This document shows, piece by piece, positions 54,878 through 64,000 of a stretch of DNA of 64,000 bases (its first letter is position 1; each line of letters starts with the position of its first letter). Source of the stretch: Candidatus Omnitrophota bacterium (GTDB taxonomy: Bacteria; Ratteibacteria; UBA8468; B48-G9; JAFGKM01); assembly GCA_023819375.1 (NCBI GenBank), contig JAMWDI010000005.1, forward strand, positions 130,715-194,714, written 5' to 3'. Made by a program: the position numbers and the translations under genes. The notes below the pieces were generated by a model, which was not told the origin of the DNA, made no database searches, and saw nothing but the letters and a program-made list of their open reading frames with translations.

Positions 54878-56191
54878 ATGGAAAAAGAAAAATTTTTTTT
54901 GTGGGAAACTGTTTTAAAAAATATAGAAAAAACCCTTAACAATTCAAGAACTTTTGATCTTTGGATAAAACCCTTGAAACTTGTAGATATAGAGGGAAAT
55001 ATAGTAAAAATTGAAATCCCAACACTTGCTTTTGAAAAAACATTTATGCAGTTTAAAGATCTTGTCAAAGAAGAATTTTATAAGGTTTTTGGCTTTGTTC
55101 CTGAATTTGAAATTATATATCCTATTATTGAAGGTCAGGAAGAAAAGGAAACTTCTTTTTCATTTGAGAATTTTTTAAACCCAGAATATACTTTTGAAAA
55201 TTTTGTTGTCGGCCCCTGTAACCGTCTTGCACATGCTGCTTCTCTTGCTGTGGCTCAAACTCCTGGTATTGCTTATAATCCTCTTTTTCTTTACGGAGAG
55301 GTTGGACTTGGAAAAACACATTTAATGCAAGCAATAGGGCACTATGTAAAAAAAAGAAGCAATCTCAAAATTTTCTATATGCCTGCTGAGTATTTTGTAA
55401 ATGAATTTATAACAAGTATAAAAAATAAAACAACTCATATTTTCAGAAATAGATTTAGAAATTTAGATTACCTTTTAATAGATGATATACATTTTATTGC
55501 AGGGAAGGAAGGAACACAGGAAGAATTTTTTCACACATTTAATTTTCTTTACAACAATAGAAAACAGATAGTACTTTCAAGTGATAAACCACCAAAAGAA
55601 ATAAAATTTTTAGAAAAGCGTTTAGTATCACGATTTGAATGGGGGCTAATTGTTGATTTACAAGTTCCAGATTTTGAAACAAGGGTAGCAATAATAAAAA
55701 AGAAGTGTGAATTAAGAAAAATTAATCTTCCAGAAGATCTTGTTTTTTACATTGCAGAAAAAATTAAGGATAATATAAGATTAATTGAAGGTGTTATAAA
55801 TAGTTTGGCTGCTAGTTCTACTTTGTTAAATATGGAAATTGACAAAAATTTAATTGATGAAAATATTGAAAAATTATATAATTTTAAAAAAGAAGAAAAG
55901 AAAGTCATAGGATTAAAGAAAATTACACAAGTTGTTTGTGAGTATTTTGGAATAACAGAAGAAGAAATAAAAAGTGAAAGAAGAGTAAAAAATATTATTT
56001 TGCCAAGACAGATTGCTATGTATTTAAGTAGAGAATTTACAGAAAGTTCTTTAAACTCTATTGCTTTTGAATATGGTGTAAAGGATCATACAACTGTGTT
56101 GCATGCTTATAGAAAGATAAAAAATTTAATTGAGAAGGATAAAAATTTAAAAGATGTTATAGAAACTTTAAAGGAAAGAATAAATGAATAA
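54878..56191 (+). CDS. dnaA: chromosomal replication initiator DnaA
   Basis: AAA+ Walker A GEVGLGKTHL, Walker B LLIDDIHF, sensor/box VII, C-terminal DnaA-box-binding HTH (DHTTVLHAYRKI). Confidence 0.9.
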   Translation: MEKEKFFLWETVLKNIEKTLNNSRTFDLWIKPLKLVDIEGNIVKIEIPTLAFEKTFMQFKDLVKEEFYKVFGFVPEFEIIYPIIEGQEEKETSFSFENFLNPEYTFENFVVGPCNRLAHAASLAVAQTPGIAYNPLFLYGEVGLGKTHLMQAIGHYVKKRSNLKIFYMPAEYFVNEFITSIKNKTTHIFRNRFRNLDYLLIDDIHFIAGKEGTQEEFFHTFNFLYNNRKQIVLSSDKPPKEIKFLEKRLVSRFEWGLIVDLQVPDFETRVAIIKKKCELRKINLPEDLVFYIAEKIKDNIRLIEGVINSLAASSTLLNMEIDKNLIDENIEKLYNFKKEEKKVIGLKKITQVVCEYFGITEEEIKSERRVKNIILPRQIAMYLSREFTESSLNSIAFEYGVKDHTTVLHAYRKIKNLIEKDKNLKDVIETLKERINE

Positions 56192-56294
56192 AAAATCCAC
56201 ATTTTTTTTACATTTTAAATATTTGACTATGAAAATTTTACACTTTTTCACAAAACCTTTTACTATTATTGTTAAAAATAAAAAGGAGTAAAAA

Positions 56295-57431
56295 ATGAAA
56301 GTAAGTATTAATAGTAGTGTTTTAAACATTGGATTGGATTATATAAGTGAAGTTTTACCTTCAAAACCATCAATGGCTATTTGTGGTGGTATACATATTG
56401 AAGGAAAAGAAAACTATATAAATTTAATTTCTACAGACCTTGAAAATACAATGAAAATTTCAATTGAAAATGAAATAGAAGAAAAAGGAGAAGTAGTTGT
56501 TCCAGGAAAACAATTTATTTCTCTTTTAAAACAGTTTAAAGATGAAAAAATTGAAATAGAAAGAAAAGAAAAATTTGTGAATGTTATAGGTAAGCAATCT
56601 CAATATTCTTTTTTAGAAATGGAAGTGGAAGAATTTCCTAAATTCCCCAAAATTACTCCAGAGGTTAGTTTTAAAATTAAAGGTGAAATTTTAAAAGAAG
56701 GACTTAAGAAAATAATTTTCTGTATTGATCCAGAGGAACCAAGACATCAGTTTAGAGGTGGGCTTATTGATATAAAGGAAAAAAATATAAATATGGTTGG
56801 CACAGATACAAGAAGGTTATCTCTTTTTATACTTTCTAATGAACAGATTAAAAAACAAATCAAAATATTACTTTCTTATAATTTAATGAAGAAATTAATA
56901 AATATTTTAAATGAAGAAGAAGTAGAAATTTCAATAGGAAAAAACAACGTTTCTTTTCAAACATCTTTTACAAAAACTTTTGCTCCTAATAAAAGAATTA
57001 CAGGAACTATTTTATTTGTTTCACAATTACTTACAGGTGCTGAAGAATTTCCAGATTATGAAAAAGTAATACCTGATGTTAAAAAATCAAAAGTTGCAAA
57101 AATAAATTCAGACAATTTTCTTTTATCATTGAAAAGAATTTCTTTATTTACCTCAGAAAGGAACAATAGAGTTAAACTTGGTTTTAAAAAAGGCCTTCTT
57201 ACTCTCTCTGCAACAGGAGATATAGGAGAGGCAAGAGAGCAGATTGATATTGAATATAATGATGAAGATATGGAAATTTTCTTCCCTCCTTCCTTTTTAA
57301 CTGATTTTCTTGAGGTTATAAAAAAAGATGAGTTTATTTTTGCCTTTACTGCTTCTAATAAACCTGTTCTTATGAAACCAAATGAAGAAGAAAACTTTTT
57401 GTATGTTTGTATGCCTTTGAAAGGTGAATAA
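56295..57431 (+). CDS. dnaN: DNA polymerase III beta sliding clamp
   Basis: 378 aa with a three-domain clamp pattern. Conserved placement downstream of dnaA. Confidence 0.8.
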   Translation: MKVSINSSVLNIGLDYISEVLPSKPSMAICGGIHIEGKENYINLISTDLENTMKISIENEIEEKGEVVVPGKQFISLLKQFKDEKIEIERKEKFVNVIGKQSQYSFLEMEVEEFPKFPKITPEVSFKIKGEILKEGLKKIIFCIDPEEPRHQFRGGLIDIKEKNINMVGTDTRRLSLFILSNEQIKKQIKILLSYNLMKKLINILNEEEVEISIGKNNVSFQTSFTKTFAPNKRITGTILFVSQLLTGAEEFPDYEKVIPDVKKSKVAKINSDNFLLSLKRISLFTSERNNRVKLGFKKGLLTLSATGDIGEAREQIDIEYNDEDMEIFFPPSFLTDFLEVIKKDEFIFAFTASNKPVLMKPNEEENFLYVCMPLKGE

Positions 57432-57717
57432 CATGGGAGAAATAGAAAGAATAGATAAAATTTTAAAAAATGTTTTAAATGGAATAGGTATAGAATTTGA
57501 AAAAAACAGAAATCTGGATATTTCTGTAGTATGGCCAAGAATTCTTGATGAAAAAATAAGAGGTAAAAGTTATGTTCTTTTTGATAAAAATGGATATCTA
57601 TATGTTAAAGTTGAAAGTAGTTGCTGTCTTTCATGGTTAAGAATAAATAAGAAACAAATTATAAATAAACTTAAAGAAATGGGTTTCAAGTATAAGGATA
57701 TAAAATTTTTAATTTAA
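57424..57717 (+). CDS. DUF721 / DciA-like protein (putative replicative helicase loader-associated)
   Basis: 97 aa. VWPRILDEKIRGKSYVLFDKNGYLYVKVESSCCLSWLR pattern typical of DUF721. Canonical location after dnaN. Confidence 0.5.
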   Translation: MNNMGEIERIDKILKNVLNGIGIEFEKNRNLDISVVWPRILDEKIRGKSYVLFDKNGYLYVKVESSCCLSWLRINKKQIINKLKEMGFKYKDIKFLI

Positions 57718-57729
57718 AAGGGGGTTTTA

Positions 57730-58605
57730 ATGTTTAAAGGTGCTATTGTTGCAATTGTAACACCAATAAAAAATGATAGGATTGATTTTCCTGCATATGA
57801 AAAACTTTTGGATTTTCAAATGAAAAATAAGACCAATGGTATTCTAACAGCAGGATGTACTGGAGAACCTGCAACGTTGAGTTTTGAAGAACATAAGGAA
57901 TTGATAAAATTTACAGTTGAATACGTAAACAAAAAAATTCCTGTAATTGCAGGAACAGGGTCTAATAATACAAAGGAAGCAATTGAATTAACTGAATATG
58001 CTGAAAAAGTTGGTGCAGATGCTGCTCTTCTTATAACTCCATACTATAATAAACCAACACAAAGAGGTCTTTATCTTCATTACAAAGAAGTTGCAAAAGC
58101 AGTTTCCATCCCTTTAATTCTTTATAATGTTCCTTCAAGGACAGGAATTTCAATTGCTCCTGAAACGGTGGCAGAACTATCAGAAATAAAAAATATCGTA
58201 GGAATAAAAGAGGCAAGTGGTTCTTTAGATCAAGTTAGTAAAATTCTTTCCTTGATTAAAAGAGAAGATTTTGTAGTACTTTCAGGAGATGATTCTTTAA
58301 CATTACCTATAATTGCTGTTGGTGGGAAAGGGGTTGTTTCTGTTGCTTCAAATATAGTTCCTTTAGAAATTTCTCAAATGGTAGAATTTGCTTTAAATGA
58401 GAATTTTAATGAAGCAAGAAAAATCCATTTGAAACTCTTTCCTCTCTTTAAAATTTTATTTATTGAAACTAATCCTATACCAGTAAAGACATGTCTTTCT
58501 TTAATGGGTTTGATAAGCCCTGAATGGAGACTTCCATTATGTGGGCCAAGCGAAGAAAGCCTTGAAAAAATTAAAAAAACATTAAAGGAGTTTAATCTTA
58601 TATGA
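57730..58605 (+). CDS. dapA: 4-hydroxy-tetrahydrodipicolinate synthase
   Basis: GAIVAIVTP...GILTAGCTGEPATLS motifs, active-site Lys region. 291 aa. Confidence 0.8.
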   Translation: MFKGAIVAIVTPIKNDRIDFPAYEKLLDFQMKNKTNGILTAGCTGEPATLSFEEHKELIKFTVEYVNKKIPVIAGTGSNNTKEAIELTEYAEKVGADAALLITPYYNKPTQRGLYLHYKEVAKAVSIPLILYNVPSRTGISIAPETVAELSEIKNIVGIKEASGSLDQVSKILSLIKREDFVVLSGDDSLTLPIIAVGGKGVVSVASNIVPLEISQMVEFALNENFNEARKIHLKLFPLFKILFIETNPIPVKTCLSLMGLISPEWRLPLCGPSEESLEKIKKTLKEFNLI

Positions 58606-59444
58606 TTTTTAAAAGAAAAAAATATATTGAATTAACTCCGAAAGAAAAAGTAGATATAAAAAAGGAAATCTGGATTAAATGTGATGGCTGTGGGAAACTA
58701 CTTTATACAAAAAAACTTGAAGAAAATTTAAAGGTATGTCCTGAATGTTCTTATCATTTTAGAATGACAGCAGAAGAAAGAATAAAATCATTAATTGACG
58801 AAGGTACTTTTGTAGAGAAGTGGAGAAATCTTGAAACGTGTGACCCATTAAATTTTGTTGGGGTAAAATCCTATAAAGAAAAACTTCAAGAAGATATGAA
58901 GAAGACCGGTATGAAAGAAGCGATAGTAGTAGGGACTGGGAAAATAGGAGGATTTCCTGTATCTTTAAGTGTTCTTGATGCTCATTTTATTATGGGTAGT
59001 ATGGGTTCTGTGGTTGGGGAGAAGTTTTCAAGAATTTGTGAATTTTCAATTGAAGTAGGATTGCCATTGATTTCAATTTCTGGTGGCGGAGGAGGAGCCC
59101 GAATGTATGAAGGTGTGATTTCATTGATGCAGATGGCAAAAACTGCTTCTTCTGTTGGAAAATTAAAAAAAGCAGGGATTTTATATATTTCTATTTTAAC
59201 TGATCCTACAATGGGTGGAGTTGCAGCAAGTTTTGCTTTTCTTGGAGATATAATAATAGCAGAACCAAAAGCACTTATAGGTTTTGCAGGACCAAGAGTA
59301 ATAGAACAAACAATAAGACAGAAACTTCCACATGGATTTCAATCTGCAGAATTTCTTTATGAAAGGGGATTGATAGATATGGTTGTTGACAGAAGAGATC
59401 TTAAAGAGATAATAACAAAAATTTTGCGTATCTTCCACACATGA
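58602..59444 (+). CDS. accD: acetyl-CoA carboxylase carboxyltransferase beta subunit
   Basis: N-terminal Zn ribbon CDGCGKLLY...CPECSYHF and CoA-carboxylase CT domain (GSMGSVVGEK, GGGGARM). Confidence 0.8.
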   Translation: MIFKRKKYIELTPKEKVDIKKEIWIKCDGCGKLLYTKKLEENLKVCPECSYHFRMTAEERIKSLIDEGTFVEKWRNLETCDPLNFVGVKSYKEKLQEDMKKTGMKEAIVVGTGKIGGFPVSLSVLDAHFIMGSMGSVVGEKFSRICEFSIEVGLPLISISGGGGGARMYEGVISLMQMAKTASSVGKLKKAGILYISILTDPTMGGVAASFAFLGDIIIAEPKALIGFAGPRVIEQTIRQKLPHGFQSAEFLYERGLIDMVVDRRDLKEIITKILRIFHT

Positions 59445-60706
59445 AGAAACCCTCCTCTTTAGATTTCCTTAATTCTCTTAGTGATTTTGGGATAAAACTT
59501 GGTCTTGATAAAACAATTTATTATCTTGAGAAAATGGGGAATCCCCATTTTAAATATCCATCAATACTCGTTGCAGGGACCAATGGGAAAGGTTCTGTCT
59601 GTAAATCTGTAAGTAAGGTTTTACAGATTGCTGGATATAAAGTTGGACTTTATACAAGTCCTCATTTGATAGATGTAAGGGAAAGAATAAAAATAAATGA
59701 TGTGGAAATTCCAGAAAGTATATTTTTAGAAAAAATAAAAATTTTAAAAAAAATTATAGAAAAACAACCTATCCATCTATATCCAACATATTTTGAAGCA
59801 TTAACTGTAATCGCCTTTTTGTATTTTGCAGAAGAAAAGATTGATATTCTTGTCTGTGAAGTAGGAATGGGTGGAAGATTTGATGCTACAAATGTTTTGC
59901 CTTCTTTTATAAATGTTATAACAAAAATAGGTCTTGATCATACTGAATTTCTTGGGAAAACATACAAGGAAATAGCAAATGAAAAATCTGGAATAATAAA
60001 GGAAAATACTGTTGTAATTTCTGCAAAACAGAAGAAAGAAGCATATGAAGTTATTAAAAAGAAAGTAAAAGATAAGAACAGTAAACTTTTAGTATATGGA
60101 GAAGATTTTAATGGAGAAATTTTAAAATTGTCGCCAGAAGGGATGATTTTTAATTTTTATGGAAAGGAAAAATTCAGAAATTTGCAAACAGATCTTATTG
60201 GATTACATCAAATTGAAAATCTTTCTATAGGAATAGAAACTTTACTTGTTTTGAAAGAAAAAGGATATAAAATAAAAGAGGGAGATATAAGAAAAGGACT
60301 TTCACAGATAAACTGGAAGGCGAGATTTCAAATATTGCAGAAAGATCCTTATATAATTCTTGATGGGGCTCATAATCCTGATGGAGTAAGAATTTTAATG
60401 AAAAATTTGAAAACAATTTTTCCAGATAAAAAATTTTCATTTCTTGTAGGTATTTTAAAAGATAAGGATTATAAAGGTATGATAAAAATTTTCGAGAAAT
60501 ATACAGATAAAATAATTTTTACAAAACCAAACTCAGAGAGGGCTGTTGAACCAACAATACTTTTGAATTATGTTAAGAATAAAAAAAAGGTTGAAGTAAT
60601 TAACAATCCTAAAGAAGCATATGAATATATTAAAAAAACAAAGGAAAACTGGCTTATTTTTGGATCTCTTTATCTTGCATCAGATATTCTTTCTATCAAT
60701 GTTTAA
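59441..60706 (+). CDS. folC: bifunctional folylpolyglutamate synthase / dihydrofolate synthase
   Basis: Mur-ligase P-loop VAGTNGKGS, HLID.RER motif. 421 aa. Confidence 0.75.
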   Translation: MKKPSSLDFLNSLSDFGIKLGLDKTIYYLEKMGNPHFKYPSILVAGTNGKGSVCKSVSKVLQIAGYKVGLYTSPHLIDVRERIKINDVEIPESIFLEKIKILKKIIEKQPIHLYPTYFEALTVIAFLYFAEEKIDILVCEVGMGGRFDATNVLPSFINVITKIGLDHTEFLGKTYKEIANEKSGIIKENTVVISAKQKKEAYEVIKKKVKDKNSKLLVYGEDFNGEILKLSPEGMIFNFYGKEKFRNLQTDLIGLHQIENLSIGIETLLVLKEKGYKIKEGDIRKGLSQINWKARFQILQKDPYIILDGAHNPDGVRILMKNLKTIFPDKKFSFLVGILKDKDYKGMIKIFEKYTDKIIFTKPNSERAVEPTILLNYVKNKKKVEVINNPKEAYEYIKKTKENWLIFGSLYLASDILSINV

Positions 60707-60709
60707 ATT

Positions 60710-62155
60710 TTAAAATTTAATCCAAAACAAAAATTTCCTTTTTTCCCCAGGGTAATAAGGTGCTATTTCATAATTTTTATTTAAAACATTATAAATTCCA
60801 AGACCGAATTCAATATTTTTCTTATAAGCAATTTCAAGATTTAATAAGTTGAATTCATTTGTTTCTTTTACATTGAATCTTCTTTTTCCTGTAAAAGTGT
60901 TGTAAAATTTAAATGAAAAATCTTTGTATTTACAATCAAAACCTAAAAGAAATTTCTCTGTTGGTAGATACATTATTTCCCTATAAAAAATATTTTTTTC
61001 TAAATTAAAAACAAAACTTAAATTTTCAGAAATAGGAAAATTGGAATTTAAAATAAAAGATGTTTTTTGAAACTGGGTTTTCTCTGGAATATATAAAAAG
61101 GACAAATCATCATATTCCCAAAGGTATATGTTATTATATGAATGGGAAACTTCTAAAAATAAATTTTGAAAATTAAATTTAAGACCACCTTTATATTTTA
61201 TTTCCGGTGAAAATTTTTCTTCTTTTATTGTTTTCCAGTTATCTGTAATTAAATCTTTCCATAAATCTGGATTTCCATAATTGGATTCAAGAAAAATTGA
61301 AAAATTATTATTCACATTATAAAAAAATTCAGGTAAAAATTTTATTCCATAATCGTTATAGAGTTTAAGGGAAAATTTACACAAAAAATTATCTCTGGAA
61401 AAAATTAATGAGGGAGAAAAGCCAAATATGGAATTTGAATTTTTTGAAATCTGTCCTTCAAAGTTTAAAAGAACTTTAATATAATCCAGATTTTTTTCTA
61501 TATTTAAATTCAAAAAATTAGTTAATTTTTCTTCTATAGAATAGTAATTATGGGAAAAATTAAGGCAAAAATTTTCAAGTTTATGACTATATAGCCAATT
61601 TACTGAAAGAAAATCTCTTTTAAGAGATAAAGGATTAATTTCTGGCCCAGGGAGGCTCATTTCTCCAAATTGTAAATCAATATTTAAAATTTTATTTTCC
61701 TTTTCAAAAAAACCTTTTAATTCATAATTCAAAATTTCGCTATTTTTCCTATAGTTTTCTGTATGAAAAAAAGAGAGGGTAAAATTTACAAATTTTTCAA
61801 TTAGATCTAAATCCATTTTTTTTGTTGAAAAACTGCCAGTTTTTATTGTTAAATAAACATTTTTCTTTTTTTCTTCTTTTGCAGGTTGTTTTTTTTCAAT
61901 CTCTACCCTTTCTTCTTTTTTTTCTATAATTGGCTCTTCAAATTTAATTTCTGGTAGTTCTGGTAATATTAGTTTTTCAAAATAAGATGGAAATATATCA
62001 AAAATTTTTGTTTTTATTTCTTTTAAACTTTTAGCTTCTATTTCTTCAAATATATTTATTTCTTGGGAAAAACAGAGGTTTTTTATAAGAAAAAAAAGAA
62101 TAAAAAATTTCAATTTTTTAATTCTTTCAACGAGTTTTCTGCTAATTCTTTCCAT
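60710..62155 (-). CDS. putative outer-membrane beta-barrel protein (unknown family)
   Basis: Signal peptide, beta-strand-rich aromatic pattern. C-terminal ..FLFWIKF with terminal Phe (OMP sorting signal). Confidence 0.4.
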   Translation of the reverse strand: MERISRKLVERIKKLKFFILFFLIKNLCFSQEINIFEEIEAKSLKEIKTKIFDIFPSYFEKLILPELPEIKFEEPIIEKKEERVEIEKKQPAKEEKKKNVYLTIKTGSFSTKKMDLDLIEKFVNFTLSFFHTENYRKNSEILNYELKGFFEKENKILNIDLQFGEMSLPGPEINPLSLKRDFLSVNWLYSHKLENFCLNFSHNYYSIEEKLTNFLNLNIEKNLDYIKVLLNFEGQISKNSNSIFGFSPSLIFSRDNFLCKFSLKLYNDYGIKFLPEFFYNVNNNFSIFLESNYGNPDLWKDLITDNWKTIKEEKFSPEIKYKGGLKFNFQNLFLEVSHSYNNIYLWEYDDLSFLYIPEKTQFQKTSFILNSNFPISENLSFVFNLEKNIFYREIMYLPTEKFLLGFDCKYKDFSFKFYNTFTGKRRFNVKETNEFNLLNLEIAYKKNIEFGLGIYNVLNKNYEIAPYYPGEKRKFLFWIKF

Positions 62156-63744
62156 TCTTTAAATTGAGGATATAAACTTATAATTTCTATAAACTTTTCT
62201 TTTGCTTTTTCATAATCCTTTTTCTTTTTATATATATCGCCCAGATAGAATGTTATCTCTACTTTAAGAGAAGAATCATCAATTTTTAAATCTTTAAATA
62301 TCTTTTCCGCCTTTTCATATTCACCTTTCAGATAATATATTTTCCCAAGATAAAAATCAAACTTATCATTTTTCTTTTTTTCCAATAATTTTTTTGCATA
62401 CTTTTCTCCTTCTTCAAATTTTTTCCTTTTTATAAGTATTTCAAGTAAATAAATACAGGAATCTTCAAAATAGATTGAGTTTTCTTTTTCAACTAATTCC
62501 TTAAAAACCTCTTCTGCTTCTTTAAATTGATTTTCTTGATATAGTTTTTTCCCTTTTAAAAATAAAATTTGTGGTAGAAATTCACTTTCAGGATAGAGAT
62601 TTTTTAAGGTATCCCAATATTTGAAAGATTCATTGAAATTTTTTTTAAGGTAGTAAATGTAACCCAGAAAAAACAAACTTTTTTCCTTAATGAGAGGATT
62701 TTCATTTGAAATTAAAAGCGTTTTTTGTAAAAACTGGATAGAATTTTCAAAGTTTCTTTTATTAAAATTTACAATTCCCAATTTAAAATATATTTCAGAA
62801 ATTTCTTTTTTTTCAGGAAACTCTTTCAAAATTTCATTTAAAGTGTTTTCTGCTGTGTCCCAGTTTTCAAGTAAGATATAAATTCCAGCGAGTTCATTTA
62901 ATTTATTAAATTTAAGATCTTCATTCAGGGGTTTTATATTTTTTAAAATTTCTTCTGCTTTTTTAAAATTGCCTTTCCTTTTTTCTATCATTGCGGTTTG
63001 AAATTTTGCCCATTCAGAAAAAATGTTATCTTTTTCAACAATCAGTTCTTTATAATATTTTTCTGCTTTTTCATACTCACCAAGATTAAAATAACAATCA
63101 CCAGTTTTAAGTTTACTATCAAAAAACATTTCTTCTTCTCCAAAGTAAATTACTTTTTCAAAATAAGAAAGAGCCTCTTTAAAATTGTTTTTTTCAAATT
63201 CAATAAGTCCAAGATAATAATTTGTCCAAGAGAGAATATTTTTTTCTTTAAATTCTTCAAGTATAAAATTAAAAATATATTTTGCTTCTAAAAAATTTTT
63301 GTTTTTAAAATGAAATATTCCCTTTTGCAAAAAGTAATTTCCTATCTGTTTTTCTAATTCTTCTGTTTTGCCAAATTTTGTTTTATAATCTTTATAATAT
63401 TTTAAAGATTGTTGAGTTTCATCTATTTTAAGGCAGGTAATTATTAAAAACGTGTAAGTATCTTTAATATATGGTGACAGGGGAAACTGCAAGAGTATAA
63501 TTTCAAATTTTTCTTTTGCTTCTTTGTATTTTTCAAGTTTTAAAAGGTTATATCCATATATTAAAAAGGCTAAATCCAAAAATTCCTTCTCATTTCTTGC
63601 AATATATTCTTCTAGATACTTATTTGACAGTTCATAAAAACCCTTTTCAGAAGAATTAATTGCAAGTTTTAAATAATCTCTTGCAGTTTCCCCTATCAGC
63701 CAGAACGTTAGGAGAAGAAACAGTAGTAGTTGTTTTTTAAGCAT
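62110..63744 (-). CDS. TPR-repeat protein (secreted/periplasmic)
   Basis: Signal peptide followed by ~12 degenerate 34-aa TPR-like repeats (W/L/G/Y/A/F/A/P pattern). Overlaps the downstream beta-barrel gene by 46 bp. Confidence 0.6.
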   Translation of the reverse strand: MLKKQLLLFLLLTFWLIGETARDYLKLAINSSEKGFYELSNKYLEEYIARNEKEFLDLAFLIYGYNLLKLEKYKEAKEKFEIILLQFPLSPYIKDTYTFLIITCLKIDETQQSLKYYKDYKTKFGKTEELEKQIGNYFLQKGIFHFKNKNFLEAKYIFNFILEEFKEKNILSWTNYYLGLIEFEKNNFKEALSYFEKVIYFGEEEMFFDSKLKTGDCYFNLGEYEKAEKYYKELIVEKDNIFSEWAKFQTAMIEKRKGNFKKAEEILKNIKPLNEDLKFNKLNELAGIYILLENWDTAENTLNEILKEFPEKKEISEIYFKLGIVNFNKRNFENSIQFLQKTLLISNENPLIKEKSLFFLGYIYYLKKNFNESFKYWDTLKNLYPESEFLPQILFLKGKKLYQENQFKEAEEVFKELVEKENSIYFEDSCIYLLEILIKRKKFEEGEKYAKKLLEKKKNDKFDFYLGKIYYLKGEYEKAEKIFKDLKIDDSSLKVEITFYLGDIYKKKKDYEKAKEKFIEIISLYPQFKEWKELAENSLKELKN

Positions 63745-63757
63745 TTAAAAGTTTGCT

Positions 63758-63964
63758 TTATAATTTTACTACATTAATCGCTTGAAGCCCTTTTTCCCTT
63801 TTTACAACTTCAAATTCAACTGTATCGCCTTCATTTAAGGTTTTATAACCTTGGCCAACAATTGAACTGTAATGGACAAACACATCTTCTCCATTCTCTC
63901 TTTCAATGAAGCCAAAACCCTTTTTGTTGTTAAACCACTTTACTTTTCCTTTTTCTTTTGCCAC
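63758..63964 (-). CDS. cspA: cold-shock protein (CspA family)
   Basis: [15 protein letters not shown] (RNP1) and VFVHYS (RNP2) motifs. 68 aa. Confidence 0.85.
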   Translation of the reverse strand: MAKEKGKVKWFNNKKGFGFIERENGEDVFVHYSSIVGQGYKTLNEGDTVEFEVVKREKGLQAINVVKL

Positions 63965-64000
63965 TTCTTCATCCCCTCCTTTCTTCTCCCAGAAAATTTA

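Overview
Strongly AT-rich bacterial chromosomal segment, gene-dense and mostly on the + strand. Most of it is core genome: an Mrp antiporter module (mrpD-E-F-G) followed by a NuoI-like 4Fe-4S ferredoxin, tRNA-Arg, a Ser/Thr kinase overlapping a PPP-type phosphatase, and a ROK regulator heading a putative glycan-utilisation locus (DUF1559 pseudopilin, CBM9/GH-like giant protein, FAD-oxidoreductase/HEAT protein). A minor-pilin cluster, two sugar-nucleotide epimerases and a second DUF1559 protein follow. Further on come thyX, an ECF Ni/Co transporter (DUF4198-CbiM-N'-Q-O), an orphan ABC pair, rpe, hisD, thi4, efp and tRNA-Phe. The replication-origin neighbourhood closes the window: secA with a roughly 300-aa coiled-coil insertion, then dnaA-dnaN-dciA(DUF721)-dapA-accD-folC, a TPR plus beta-barrel pair and cspA. 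The accessory highlight is an ~8.4 kb integrative element (15574..23965). It is bounded by a 42-nt duplicated 5' half of tRNA-Ser(GCU) on the left and by the reconstituted full tRNA-Ser on the right, whose 5' end overlaps the 3' end of a tyrosine integrase gene. The element carries an Xis/AlpA excisionase, a CHC2 zinc-finger protein, a P-loop/wHTH replication-like protein, a tandem zinc-ribbon protein, a RelE/ParE toxin-antitoxin pair and a large polytopic membrane protein of unknown function. It also holds a peculiar array of five ~55-90 bp degenerate repeat units (15864..16580), each with a palindromic ATTGATAATCAAT box, a C-rich CCCCACCC tract and an ACTATATATTTTG tail. That combination suggests a satellite/PICI-like or integrative-plasmid-like element with an unexplained structured repeat locus and a possible defence/cargo module. 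Other oddities are a perfect 12-bp inverted-repeat operator between the pilin operon and the epimerase genes, a palindrome plus near-consensus promoter upstream of the ROK gene, an Arg-type EF-P, and a divergent RNase HII-like gene back-to-back with a Cas4-like Fe-S PD-(D/E)XK nuclease.
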